Shown here: in pieces, positions 12,518 through 25,019 of the stretch
Numbering within the stretch: position 1 is the first letter of the stretch
Layout: each line of letters opens with the position of its first letter
Assembly: GCF_032062105.1 (NCBI RefSeq)
Contig: NW_026935377.1
Span: 62,001 to 126,000 of the forward strand
Direction: 5' to 3'
Length of the DNA stretch: 64,000 bases
Origin: Saccostrea cucullata
Taxonomy: Eukaryota
Translations under genes and position numbers: made by a program
Notes under the pieces: model-generated
What the model was told of the DNA's origin: nothing
Seen by the model: only the letters and a program-made list of their open reading frames with translations
Database searches by the model: none

Positions 12518-13892
12518 CAGTCGTTTGGCCAGTTCCGGATTTTGGCCAGTTCCGAATAATTAGTAATTTAAGGACTGATAATTAATATATTCAACGGTGT
12601 AAAAATAAATTGATTTCTATGGTAAGAAGGCTTATTCATGAGTGTTTGAATTATGTGAAGTTTTGATTTTTTGCCCTCAGTTTGGTTTCGTTATCGTACT
12701 TGAAACAGTCGACATTCTTTTACAATGCAACAAATCTGAATCACCGCGACGCGTAAGTCTGCAGAAAAACCTCTGTAGATGCATAAATTTTTCACATAAA
12801 ACAACGTTCTAGGTATCAAAAGTAAGTTTGATATGTACTCTAACATATACTAAAAACTTGTCAAAAATAAATATTTAGAACACTGGAGGATATCGAAATA
12901 TTTTCGTGCTCTTATTTTACCAGTTCCGAATACCCATTTTAAACACTATTATAAATTCACTCTTCGATGTTTTCTTCATTGTAAACGTGACTTATTCTAC
13001 CCCCGCTTGAAAAACAGGAAGAAGCGGTATATAATAATGGGATGTTTGTCCATCCATCCGTCTGTACGTCCGTCCGTCCGTCCGTCTAGCTGTACGTCCG
13101 TCCGTCTGATATGCTCTGGGGTATCCATTTCTTATCCGCAACCCCTCTTCTACCACTGAATGAAGTTTAATGAGGCTTCACAGAATTTAATGAGTCTTTC
13201 ACAGAATCTTTGTTTAACAGTGCCAAAGTTCACCTATTTTATTTTTGGATCTGTTACATAATTTGGGCTCCCTGAGAAAAACATAGATACTGCCATTCTT
13301 TGTAATATTGAAAGGTAGATCCATCTCTTGTCCGCAATTCCTCCTATACCACTGAATAAGATTTAATGATACTTTCACATATTCTTTATTGCATTGTGAC
13401 ATTGTGACCTATTACTTTACTTTTTGATCTGACATTTATTTCGGGTCTCCCAGAGTAAAACATGGACTTTGTCCTAAATAATCATAAAGGAGGCGTCGGG
13501 TATCATTAAAACGAGCTCAGTGCCCACAGTACCTCTAGTTTCTCTTCAACCTTTGGAAATACAAATAATTTATTGGTAAGCAATTAATTTAACTTTTCTT
13601 AGGCATGCCAATGGATAACGTCTGGGACGTATATTTTTAAATTTAGGGTTGAATTGAATAAGAATCTCTAGGGTATCCGGAACCCGTCGGCTTATTCGTA
13701 ACTGGTAAAATGGACACCTATGGTAACTTGCGAAATAAATTTTTTTGAGGGAAGGCTGAACTTTTATGAAACAATATTTAATTCCACGAGTCATCGAACT
13801 ACCTTGACAAAACACTTAGATTTTGAAATAATTCCTAATATATTTGTAGCACCGTCGAATCGGTTTCTTATTCGGAACTGGCCAAATAACTG
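12518..13892. mobile_element. Non-autonomous Tc1/mariner-like DNA transposon carrying a nested Helentron-like element
   Basis: TIRs CAGTCGTTTGGCCAGTTCCG / CGGAACTGGCCAAATAACTG, flanked by TA on both sides. Confidence 0.75.
12993..13540 (+). mobile_element. Helentron/HINE-like non-autonomous element
   Basis: TACCCCCGCTTGAAAA hairpin start, (GTCC)n microsatellite, internal tandem unit, end CAGTACCTCTAGTT; inverted family member at 26092-26394. Confidence 0.7.
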
Positions 13893-13919
13893 TACTAGGA
13901 AATGGAAAGGAGTTTCTTT

Positions 13920-14100
13920 GAGTCAGACCGTATAAACCGAGATCCTGTGTCGCAGTATGTGTTGACTTGAAAAAGATCTCTCCCTGCTCAATGGCCCTCA
14001 GTGCTGAATATTGGTATCAATTTGCATCTCTCCACTGGCAAGTGATGGCGTCTCCATATGAGTGAAAAATTCTAGAGAGGGACGTTATACAATAAACAAA
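13920..14100 (+). mobile_element. tRNA-derived SINE, 5'-truncated copy
   Basis: Shares body and 3' end CTCCATATGAGTGAAAAATT...GGGACGTT with copies at 24955, 37720, 42886 and 44255. Confidence 0.65.
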
Positions 14101-14135
14101 AAATGAATTAGTCATACTTTATTGAATAAAATAAC

Positions 14136-17100
14136 TTAGTGACTGCATCTACAACGGCCGTCGATACAATGTTCACGATCATGAGCATGTGGACATCTAT
14201 CGTGACAATCGTTTACGTTCGTGCAGGGTCCTGGAAATTAGAATTCACTTATTTCATTGTCATTCTCCATATTATAATTTTAAAACTAGATTGAAATTTC
14301 AGTATTTTTTATATCGTTCATAATACGTTATATGTTGAGTTTACGGAAAAAGAAAAAAAAAGTCTACCTCCACCGTGGGCTTCATGGGTGCATGTACACT
14401 CCCTGTTTACGCAGTGAAGTTCATATCCAGGAAAACATGAAGTCAGTGTACAGTCCGCATGATCGGAGCAAGTCTCGGCATATACTAAAAGTAAAAGAAG
14501 AGATTGAATGATGAAGGGTAAAAAATAATTGAAAATTTATTCAATCATTGTTCTTCAAATATCGTCTGTCTGTTAAGGTGAGGTTTCCATTGCGCAATAC
14601 TTCTAAATAAAATCAAGCGTATTTACTGTTTTAAAGCAACTTTTTTTTCAATTAATTAACACAAGTTAACAAAACTAAGAAATCACAGGTTGAAAAATTT
14701 AATTACAATTTTTTATAACTGATTTCTAAAACGATTTTTCAACTGGTAGGTAGATTGACGTCGTAATACTGTGTTTTCGACGTTGTCATAAACTGCAACT
14801 ATTAAGGTAGGATTCTTCTCTGGTGTCTGACTAGACGAAATATTCAATGTATATTTGCTGATATGTCTTATATATTTTAGGTGAAAGAGATTTAAAAGAC
14901 CTTTATTTTTCTTTCCTCATCACAATTGTACAACTTTACCATATGTGAAAATAAGAAAAAATTAAATATAGGGCGCATATAAAAATAATTTAAATATCCT
15001 AAAAATTTAAGAAAAATAGAGAAAATTCGGATTAGCCAAAATCCATTTTTGTTAAACTATTTGTGTCAGTTTGGTAATATCATCTCATAGACCTTATATG
15101 GTGATATCTTCTTATGCAAAAAGAAAAATATTTAATCTTTTGAAATAGAAGACAGTATCGCATGGTTGGATGCAGTCATTTTTATTCTTAATGTCCAGGG
15201 AAAAGGTAATGACCTTGACCTGACCTTGACTCTAATATTGAACGGTCAAAACTTATCTAACTGATACCATCACTTAGTAATATTGTCTTCTTGATTCTGT
15301 GAAAATTTCATTAATTTTTAAATACAAGAAATACAGTTTTGTGTGAGAAGAATCCCACCTTAAAGAAGGGAAAACAAAAAATGTTACAGAAAAAGTATCG
15401 AATAGATGCTTTTGAAATTTAAAACATGGAAATTTGAGAATCTCTTGATCATTTATATCATATTTTGTACCTATCCTTTATATTCCGCCATATTTTGTAG
15501 TACTCTGTAAAAACAGGATAAATCATTAAATTATAAATCTTCATTTTTATACCATATATAACTTACATTAACTTCAGTGTACTTGCAAATTTTGGGGGAA
15601 ATCTAGCACCCAGGTATATTTAATGGACCGTTTCAAAATACAGGTACATTTACTGCAGGATTATATAGGAAAATGCCAATTTGTAGCACTTTAAAGCAAA
15701 TTACACAAATACTACAATAGACTTTTTGTTCAAACTATAATATTTGATGAGTAATACTATATTGTACATTATATGAAAGAAACACAAAATTCTACCATCT
15801 TGTTTCCAAAGGGTCCATATAAAAATGCTAAAAAACAAGCTAATTCAGAGAATTTGTGTCCCCCGCTTAGGGAAAAAAGAAGACAATGCGCAGTTGGGGG
15901 GGGTCGGATTTCCCCACCCACTGAATTTGTATAATTATTTAATGTATACATGTATATTAATGCAAATAAAAAATGCCAATATGGATATGAAGATTTGATT
16001 GCTTATTCTTTATTATGTGCATAAGAAAATTCTTTTTATATAGCATATTTATCACACTAATGTAATGATGATTTTATGAGTTTTTACAAGCCAGACGTCA
16101 TAACTTTTACATTTTACATGCTGAATGCTATCATTTAGTGGAAAAAAGTATTTTAAAAAAATTATATTACTTCCGGGATTCGAACCCGGGAGTTCTTACA
16201 TGTCAAGCGAGAGACATACCACTACACCACGGAGCCGCTTCGTATTATCGGAAGTTATATGCAAACATGAGGTCACATACATCTATATATTCACGTTCGC
16301 TATTGTCACAATTTTACACAATGCATGATGTTTAATTTAGCCTTTATTAAACAGTTCTAATAAGAAAAAAAAGTCCACCAACAACCTGTATAGTGTTTCA
16401 CACAGACAGAATGTATAAATTTACAACCTTGAACATTGACCTTTTGACCTCAAAATCAATAGGGGTCTTCCTTAGGCCACAGATAGTTATGCAAAATTGC
16501 ATTGCGAAAGCTCAAAGGGTTCTCGAGGTATCGCGCGGAAACGAAAGTGTTATAACAGACAGAATTTATTGATTTATGACCTTGACCTTTGACCTATTGA
16601 CATCAATATCTATAGGGTTCTTCTTTAGGCCACAGGGAGTTGCTATGCAAAATTTCATTGCAAAAGTGCAAAGGGTTCTCGAGATATTGTGCGGAAACGA
16701 AAGCGTTACAGACAGACAGAAAGACGGACAGATGGATGGGCAGACCCAAATTAATATCCCTTACTTTCGGTGAAAGTGGGGACTATAACGAATTTTCCTG
16801 GTTTTATAGAGTACTACAAAATATGACGGTCACAAAGGATTTATTAAAACAAAATAAAAATAATGGAGAGATTCTCAATTTTTTATGTTCACAATTTCAA
16901 GAGCGTATGTTTATTACTTTTTCTACCATGACATTTTTCTTACCCCTTTCTTTGAGGGCTTCAATTTATCATAACGTCAAAAACACACTATAACGAAGTT
17001 AACCTACCTATCCGTTGCAAACTCGGTTAAACATAAGTTTTTTTTTTGTAAGGTGTCTAGTATTTTCTAGCTACCGAAAATGAATATGACTAAATACTAG

Positions 17101-17211
17101 CTATAAAGAAAGACGGATTTTTAAAGTAAAATGCATTTTGTTAAATAGCTTTGTAAAGAGAATCTATATACCTGCAACAACACAAATGGCTAGAATGAGG
17201 ATTTTTTTCAT
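14136..17211 (-). CDS. Cys-rich secreted peptide 1 (cvSI/I84 protease inhibitor-like), 3 exons, 83 aa
   Basis: Exons 17211-17172, 14484-14368, 14230-14136; GT-AG phase-1 introns. MKKILILAICVVAVYAETCSDHADCTLTSCFPGYELHCVNRECTCTHEAHGGGPCTNVNDCHDRCPHAHDREHCIDGRCRCSH*. AATAAA at 14123-14118. Family name is from recalled similarity, not a search. Confidence 0.9.
14806..15359. mobile_element. TTAA-flanked TIR element (Kolobok-like, non-autonomous) in intron 1 of gene 1
   Basis: TTAA-GGTAGGATTCTTCTC ... GAGAAGAATCCCACC-TTAA. Confidence 0.75.
16172..16237 (-). pseudogene. tRNA-like sequence (pseudo-tRNA or SINE head)
   Basis: A box TGGTGTAGTGG and B box GGTTCGAATCC, but the anticodon stem does not pair. 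Confidence 0.5.
16380..16790. mobile_element. Helentron-like element in intron 1 of peptide gene 1 (related copy at about 37570-38280)
   Basis: Two GACCTTTGACC-containing tandem units, GACA/GATG microsatellite, terminal hairpin CCCTTACTTTCGGTGAAAGTGGGG. Confidence 0.6.
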
Positions 17212-17277
17212 CGCTATATATATGTCCAATCGCAAAGTAATTTGAGAACTATGTCTTGTTAGTTAGATTGCACCAAA

Positions 17278-17350
17278 TATATACCGTCTTAAGATTTGAA
17301 GAAGGCAAGGGTCATTGATAGAAGACTAATAGAGCGCAGCGCATAGATAA
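17278..17350 (-). promoter_or_regulatory. Gene 1 promoter module (TATA, GGGTCA, AGATAA)
   Basis: TATATA 17278-17283; GGGTCA 17309; AGATAA 17345. Confidence 0.55.
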
Positions 17351-19126
17351 AAAAAAAATGCTAAAAGTCATCTGCATGGCTGAGTTTTGTTCTCATAAGC
17401 CGAAATTACGTATTTTTATCATTGATTTGTTGTTGAAAATAAATGTAGTCTAATTTTCCCTTCCTTAATAATTTAATTTCACTTGACGTATCAAGCAATT
17501 TCATTGGCTGCTTCATTCAGAGGAACATATAATATTTTGTACTTGCCTACATCACAATGAGTTAAGTCAAAAACGTATTACTCCGCTTGATGTTACTTTT
17601 AAAATAATACTCAATTTGAAACCTTTTTCTGGAGGAAAAATTGTCTCATTGTCTACACTGAAATTAAATTATAAGGAATGAAGTTTATTTCGACTTATGT
17701 TATACGATATTATAACATAACTTGGGACAGTTTACGCTTTTTTAAAAACCGCTTCGCGGTTTCATAAAGCGTAAGCTGCGTATTAACTTCAACTTCTTTT
17801 TTCTTCAACTCCCCAGCTAAATCCTTGGCTGTCATCTGATTTGTAGCAAATAACTGTGAATCAAATTTAGACTGAAGCTCTGTAAATTGGGTATGTAAAA
17901 TGTTTACATCCTTTGAAAACGGTCAAGTTTTGCAGATTAAAGGCCATATGTCAGCAGAAGTGGTCTGCGTTATGAACAGTGCACAAACTTGTATGATGAC
18001 GTCTTTTACAAATTTTACAATTGAAATTAGACTGACATTCTGCAACACGATGTCTCCCTAAACAATTAAAGCACAGTTTGTCTCCTCTGACAATTTTCAT
18101 CCGATAATTGTGTTTTGTGTATCTTGTACAGCCACTTGAATGATGCGACTCTTTGACGTCATAGCATTATGACGTCAAACTTTGGTAAAAGTCATTGACA
18201 TGCTAAGTCAATGTAAATTAGAAAAGTACTATTGTCTATAATTCACAACAAGAGATCATTACGTCATGTCGAAACTCTCTCGGACGTTATCCTAATGAGT
18301 GAAACATTATATAAATGGTGCCTGTTTTGTAGGGTAACATTTGAAATTGACACCCCAAGGAAATCCATTGTCAACCGACGCGTCATGTCTGAATGTCTTA
18401 TTGTAATAGGACGTCAGCAAAAAAAAAAAAAAAAAAAACCCGTCGATCGTCTTTACGTTCATGTATAGAAAGCTTTCACACTCACCGGTTCACTAATCTC
18501 CTTATTGTTTGTTTGATACTCGAATTAGAGTCATTTATCATATATTAAAATTTCGTTATTTCTGGCTCGCAAGCATGTTTCCTACACTCGTAAGCATGTA
18601 TCGTCTGTCGTTTTGTTGTTTTCAAGTAAGCCATATCGGACGCAAGCTTTTATTGACGCCAAGTTAATTCCGGTTCTTTCAAACGCGCAACTGACGTTTT
18701 GAGAATTCTACGGTGAACCCTACGCGCATAATTTCCATGCATGTGGCATTACCGTTGTGTTACCCGTTGTCACGTGTGTTGCTAAGGCTCAGGGTAATCG
18801 AACGGATTGTTAACTGCGTCTAAACCAATCAGATTTTAGTATTTAACATGAAAGTATAATAATAATATTTGTTAAGGATGAAATAAAAATTGCTAGATGA
18901 TTAAAGATCAAAGAAAAAATCAAATTCAAAAATCAAATATGAGATGACATGTTTTAAAAATATGTTTACCTACCACATAACTTCATTTGAACTAGCTGCA
19001 GAACTGTAGCTCTCTGCATACGAAAATTCGGACGGATAAAGCAGAGAGCTGCAGATCCATGCGTTTTAAAAACCTTAGATTTACGCGGCGGATTTTTTGT
19101 CGCTCATTTCTCACGGGATTCTTTAA

Positions 19127-20063
19127 GGACGTTCGATCCTGAGTTTTCGAGTGGATTTTGGTCAGGTCCTTTATTTATAAAAATTTGCATCATTTTTAAG
19201 TTCTAACATTAAATCTGAATTCTACAGTGCAAATGTAACTATATTCAATGAAAAAACCGCGATTAAATGCCATTCAAGTAGAATTAAGCTAGGGACTATA
19301 TTTTGTGGCGGAAGGTATTTTAGACGAAAATGATCAATTTTTCCATTTTAAACTATAACAGTACTGTTAATTTTGGATTCCTATTTTTCCATCCTGGTTG
19401 CACACAAAGCTGTTTTTTGCAGTGAAATGTGTTATGCTGGTTCTGAAATATCTATTAAATTATTTCTGATGAATTCTATCAACAAAGTGTGACAAATATA
19501 GTAAATATATTCTGAAAATCCGGGAAAAAATATTGAGCCAATTTTAACGTAAAATTGACACTTTTTCAGTAATATCTGAAAATTTACATCATATATCCCC
19601 ACTTTTGATGTTCTTTTCTTAATATTCAAGATAAATTTGGCCTATTTGCTTAAAATCAGAAAAAGTTTGAGACTTTAAAATATTTTTTTAGCTTTTTTAA
19701 TTTTCAATGCCATAAAAATCACTTTTTATTAGTGCAGAAAGGTCAAATAATTGATCATGCGAAGCAATTTGAAACTTTTTCTTAGTCACAATTTTTAAGT
19801 GTCTTTTCTAAAACAAACTAGGAGTTCATTTTGTTTCATGCTTTAATTGGATACAAATATTGGAGGGAAAACGTCAAAAATGTAATTTTTAATTAAGACA
19901 CAAATTTCAGTGCAAAAAGGTCATATTAAATATACTGTAGCGCCAAAAGAAGCGTATTGACCCCCATTTTTTGATTTGAATTTTAATTAAGCTATGTATA
20001 TAGAAACTAAAAATATACTTTGCAAAAAAAGTTTAAGACTTTAAATATCAGGATCGAACGTCG
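19127..20063. mobile_element. TTAA-flanked TIR element (Kolobok-like, non-autonomous)
   Basis: TTAA-GGACGTTCGATCCTGA ... TCAGGATCGAACGTCG-TTAA. Confidence 0.8.
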
Positions 20064-21444
20064 TTAATATATTACTGAAACAACAAATCAATTCTGAAAA
20101 AGTTTTCAGGTCTTTTCCTTCAAAATGAAGACCTTTCCATCATTTTCAATTTATTCAGAATAAGTCATTCAAGCATGAAATGCGCGGTATTCAATGTGTC
20201 GGCACGGCCAGGTGTGTTATAGGACCAAAGACATCCAAAAATATGAATTCAATGCTTATATTTACATTTTAAATTGACTCAAAACATTGTATATTTTGGT
20301 TTTCTTAGAGTATTGAAAATGCATATAGTTCCCACTATGTATTCGAATGCGCGGTGACAAGGTTTCGCGTGTGTTATAGAGATTTGAACACCGTGGATTT
20401 CTAAAGGATTTCATAAAGACCATTACACTGAATGTAAATATAAATAGTTAATCAGGACTAAAACGCGTACATCTAGAAATTTCAGGGGTGATATTAGGTG
20501 TTTAGGAGGAGCAAACATCCCCTTCGATTGGTCAACTGGCCAAATCCGTCGTGAATCCCATGAACTATCCAGGTAGGTGGGTCAGTCTGATGTAAAATTT
20601 AGCATTATAAAAAAAGACCCTACAATTGGTAGGAAACACACTAGCCACTTACCAACAAAAAGCTGAGTACGCCAACGAGACTATGCAAACTTTTGGGGTT
20701 AAAGTGCATAGTTTTCTATGCATTTTATAAATACTCGTATCCTTACAGAGTCAGTACAAAATCTAGTTCAAAAAGTTTTAATTTTTACTCTTTCAAACCC
20801 TTATTCCAAAAAACTATTCAAATTGTAGGAAATACTGATCAAACACATAAATGAGTTTTACAGTCAAATTAAATGCAATACATAAACAGAATGTGTAACA
20901 TAACTGTGGGAATGAAGGTAGTTTTACTTGTACTACATGTGTACTACTGGAAGGTCATCTGTATCAAAATGTTAAACATAGGTTGGGTTCAGAGCCCCAA
21001 AAGATGTAAACTGTATATGAAATATCAGTTTTATGACTCCTTGATATTTTTAATGAAAAACGACAGAAAAGTGTTATAAAGATTATATATTTAGGTTGAG
21101 AGAAAAAAAAAGAATATTAGAAGCTACATTCTATGTAATTTTAAAAAAATTACCAACAAATGAGTTAGAATTTTTCCTTTTTTGGATATGAAGATTCCTA
21201 ACAAAGGAGATACGTCTTCGTCAGATATAACACGTCCATACTCACCAGCCTCGCTTACACACCCTACCTAATACATGTAAACACACGGATAACCGAGACT
21301 AAAACCGATATTTAACGCACAAATGACTTCTAGATCGGTAGACATATGTACTTTTGTCGTTATTGGTTTTGTAGATGTGTAACAATTAATTGATGAACCT
21401 TTTGATTTCAGGAGTTTGAAAATGATGCTACTTGTAAGGTGAAA

Positions 21445-22240
21445 CAAATGGAGATAACGAACAGTATTCAAGTTCAAAAGTCCATAAAACAATACAAAAT
21501 AGAAGCAGAGCAAACACGGACCTCCAAAACAACGGAAGTGGAATCAGGTGCCATGGAGGTGAAAGCATCTCCTGCTGACCGGTCACAACAGCCGTGTTCT
21601 CCTTGTCATGATCAGGAAATAACGGAAAAATCCGTCGTCAATTCAGTTTATAAGTAATAGACTAACAATTAGTATAAAAAAGTCAGGCAGCATTTGACTC
21701 AATGATAAATTATATTTGCTGACAAGGTCATTGTATCGACCATAAAACTTACGAAATTATGACTCTAAACGAGACAGCTGATATTCTTGTTTCGTCAACT
21801 TGTTTGTCAATACCTCGTTTTAGAAATTGTTCAAGTATGCTCTTGTATATCGAATCAACTGAGATATATAAACTCCGTATGCAGGTGATGAAGGTATATT
21901 GCTGCATAGGTAAGGAAAATTAACGATAGAAAAGTTTTAAAGTCATCGCACGTATCATAGAGGTTGGTTGTTAGATTACCACTAACGTCTTTTTCAAGTA
22001 AAATATCCAAATATGAAACAGATGAGTCAGACTCTGTGGTATCTTTTATTTCAAGCTCACCTGGATATATCGTATCGACAAAAGAATGGAAATTGTCATT
22101 ATTAATTGACAATTCGTCGTCGATATATATCTAATGTCGAGTTGAAGGCCACAGTGTTTTCTTCATTTCACGCATAAGATTTTGCACAAATTCTGCTTGT
22201 TCATATGAATACAAAAATATGTCTGCTAATAACGGAAGGT
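21445..22240 (-). mobile_element. Degenerate Penelope-like retroelement 3' fragment
   Basis: RT C-terminal region IKDTTESDSSVSYLDILLEKDVSGNLTT plus the conserved non-coding end; frameshifted. Confidence 0.75.
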
Positions 22241-22394
22241 AAAATTGTTCACTATACACTCTTTTGCAACGAAGCAAAATTTACTTTTCGACTACTCGTC
22301 ACATTAATATAAGCATTTCCACTGTTATACATAATAAGAATATGACAAATTCAAATTGTAAAAAAAACAACGTTAGTACATTTTGCATATTTAT

Positions 22395-23727
22395 CTAAAA
22401 GTGGGTACATCTGCACTGGCCATCAATGCAGTGGTGTTCACGTCCGTGGTCACATCGTCCGCCACAGTCGCTGGCCATAGTGCAAGCTGAAATAATAATA
22501 AAGATATTGAGGTCTCTTTTTCTGATTGGAAAATTCGACGCATAAGAGGTTAGAGCACAAAGCATACATTTAGATTTCCTATGTTCATGTCATGAAACTA
22601 CTAACCTCCATCGCCACCTGCTGCTGTGGTACATGTGCACTGATCTCTGATGCAGTGAAGCGTGGAGCCACCACCACATGTTGTGGCTGTGCAGTCACCC
22701 GTGTCTCTACATCTTTCGGCAGAGACTGTAAAAAATTGAAGATGAAATGTCTTAATGTTACTTTGTCCAATGTATATCTGTGTGATAGTTATAAATAAAT
22801 AAAAAGTTGTTAAAACTGTAAGAATTAAAAAAACACTAAAACTTGTCAGCAAAGTAAGTGTGCACAACAATACTATGATTTATTCAAAACTGTCTTTTCT
22901 TCTACAAAGCAATTTAGATTTGTCATGCATAACACAATATCTGACATGTTCTACTGTTAAATCGTATAATAAACGGTTATTACTCTCTGCTCACTTGCAG
23001 GGGCGTAGCTAGACAAAAATGATCTGCACGCCAAAAAAGGCAGGGGGTCTGGGGGCCGCCTTCCAAGAGGCCCCCAGTGGGTCCAGGGCGAAGCCCTGGT
23101 GGGGGCCCAGGGGGCGAAGCCCCTGGAAGCTCCTGGGTTTTCACGTTTAGACTGAACAAAATTTACGCAATTTTTAAATATATAACATATGCTACGAGAT
23201 GAAGTCAACTTCACGATATTTTGATTTATGACACCAAAAAATAATAGATCTATTAATATTTAAAAAATATTTATGTTTTTTTTTTTTTTTTTATAAAATC
23301 AAGTGCATTGTCTGAATTTTTGTGATTACTTTAAAAAGGTATTTTTAGTTCCATTTTTTGTCTAATTTTTAAATAATGAAATTAAAACAAAACAATTTCA
23401 ATCCAGCAAATTTAATTTCCCCAAAACGTGCGGCGTCATGTTTCATGTATTAACTATAGGTATTACATATATAACGTTAGGCCTGCAGGCATAGTAAGTT
23501 TACACGGAATCTTTTAGGAATTTAATTTTTTATATGACGATATAATCAATTTTTTAATAATAAATTTTATAAAAATGCACAGTAATTTTTTTTTGGACTA
23601 AAAGATGTGCACGCCATGGCGTGCTGGCGTATAGGCAGCTACGCCCCTGACTTGTTTAAAACTGTTCGCCACAGTAGTCATACATACCTGCTAAGACAAC
23701 AACAGCGAGAAGGAAGATAGCCCTCAT
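22395..23727 (-). CDS. Cys-rich secreted peptide 2 (cvSI/I84-like), 3 exons, 83 aa
   Basis: Exons 23727-23688, 22725-22606, 22486-22395. MRAIFLLAVVVLAVSAERCRDTGDCTATTCGGGSTLHCIRDQCTCTTAAGGDGACTMASDCGGRCDHGREHHCIDGQCRCTHF*. Confidence 0.92.
22998..23649. mobile_element. Non-autonomous TIR element with a 5-bp TSD in intron 1 of gene 2
   Basis: ACTTG-CAGGGGCGTAGCT ... AGCTACGCCCCTG-ACTTG; GC-rich subterminal block. Confidence 0.85.
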
Positions 23728-23785
23728 AATGATCTTTGATTGAATGATTCCACTGAAAGAGGATATAATACTTCATTTCTTTTCA

Positions 23786-23861
23786 TTTATATACCTAATA
23801 TAGGAGAAATTACCTTGAAACGGTCAGCTATTTAGCACGGATTACAGACACGTGCAGATAA
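23786..23861 (-). promoter_or_regulatory. Gene 2 promoter module
   Basis: TATATAAA 23793-23786; CGGTCA 23821; AGATAA 23856. Confidence 0.6.
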
Positions 23862-24781
23862 AACAAGGACGAATTATAATGTCCTCATGCCAAAGTGTAC
23901 CATTCAAAGTAAGCTTCAATGTGCACTTAAACATCGAATAATTTTTTTGAATACAATTAAAAATACGTTTTAGAGTTAAAATTGAAAAAAAATGTACTAA
24001 AAATAAGCATGTAGAAATTAAAGAGTATATTTAAAGTTGTAGTTTAACCACATCTTTGCATCATCTTCAGATTATAAAAAAAGATACTACAAAAATAGTC
24101 AGATTACTCCATACCATAGAATGATTGTATCATGCAAACATTTTTTTTAAAAATTGATTAAAGTCGGCATGTCTTCTAGTATATAAAAAGTAATTGATAA
24201 GTATGTTTGGTCACACATATTTTACATTAGTTTTTTGTGTATGTATTGCATGCATTGTATTATTTTTTCATGTATTCCAAGTTCTCTGATTGACTAGAAC
24301 ACATGATCAAGTATAAAACAGCATAAAGACTTGTGTTATTAATTACAGATTCTGATATGCATATCGACTTGATGTTTCTAAAAAATGGAAATAATTTTCT
24401 GCTAGCAGTAGCTACTGCAGTGTATGACTTGATGTTACTGAAAAAGAAAAATACTTAAACCCCTATTTTAAATCTGATGTTCTGTAATACAATAATCGGT
24501 AAGACGTAACTGTGCCTTGAATAACTTCTATTTTATATTGAAACATACTATAGATGTTTTCAAAAATCAATTCAAAACATAATAAAACAAATGTAGGCCT
24601 TTTGAATTATTACATTCCCTAAATTACTCTATTAATATATAGGAAAAACAATTACATTAAACAGCCCAAATTGATTTTGATCTATAGTCTCTAAGTGTTA
24701 AAAAAGACAAGAGAAAAACTTGTCTTCCTACCATTATTTTCAAATTTTGTTTTGTCAATCTTTGTAAAAAATGATATAACT

Positions 24782-24909
24782 AATGTAGCCCTTTCATTTG
24801 GTCAATCCATAGATATATCGACTTCGAAGAAAAGCATATTCGTGCTCGATCGATATGTTTTTCTGTGAAGTCGATATATCTATGGATCGACCTCATCACA
24901 GGCTACATT
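24782..24909. mobile_element. About 130-bp near-palindromic MITE-like hairpin
   Basis: AATGTAGCC...ATCCATAGATATATCGACTTC ... GAAGTCGATATATCTATGGAT...GGCTACATT. Confidence 0.7.
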
Positions 24910-24988
24910 TATATAACATTTTGAGCATGTTTTTATATAAAATACGTTATTGTGATATTGATTAATTGTATGTAGTTTAACGTCCCTG

Positions 24989-25019
<31 letters not shown>

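Noticed and set aside
22395-22486. Calling the peptides potassium-channel toxins
   Set aside because: The cysteine spacing resembles alpha-KTx, but the pore-blocking Lys before Cys4 is His in all 16 modules. Only fold-level similarity is supportable.
22957-23214. 85-aa GC-rich ORF
   Set aside because: It lies mostly in the subterminal region of the intronic TIR element and has no protein-like features.
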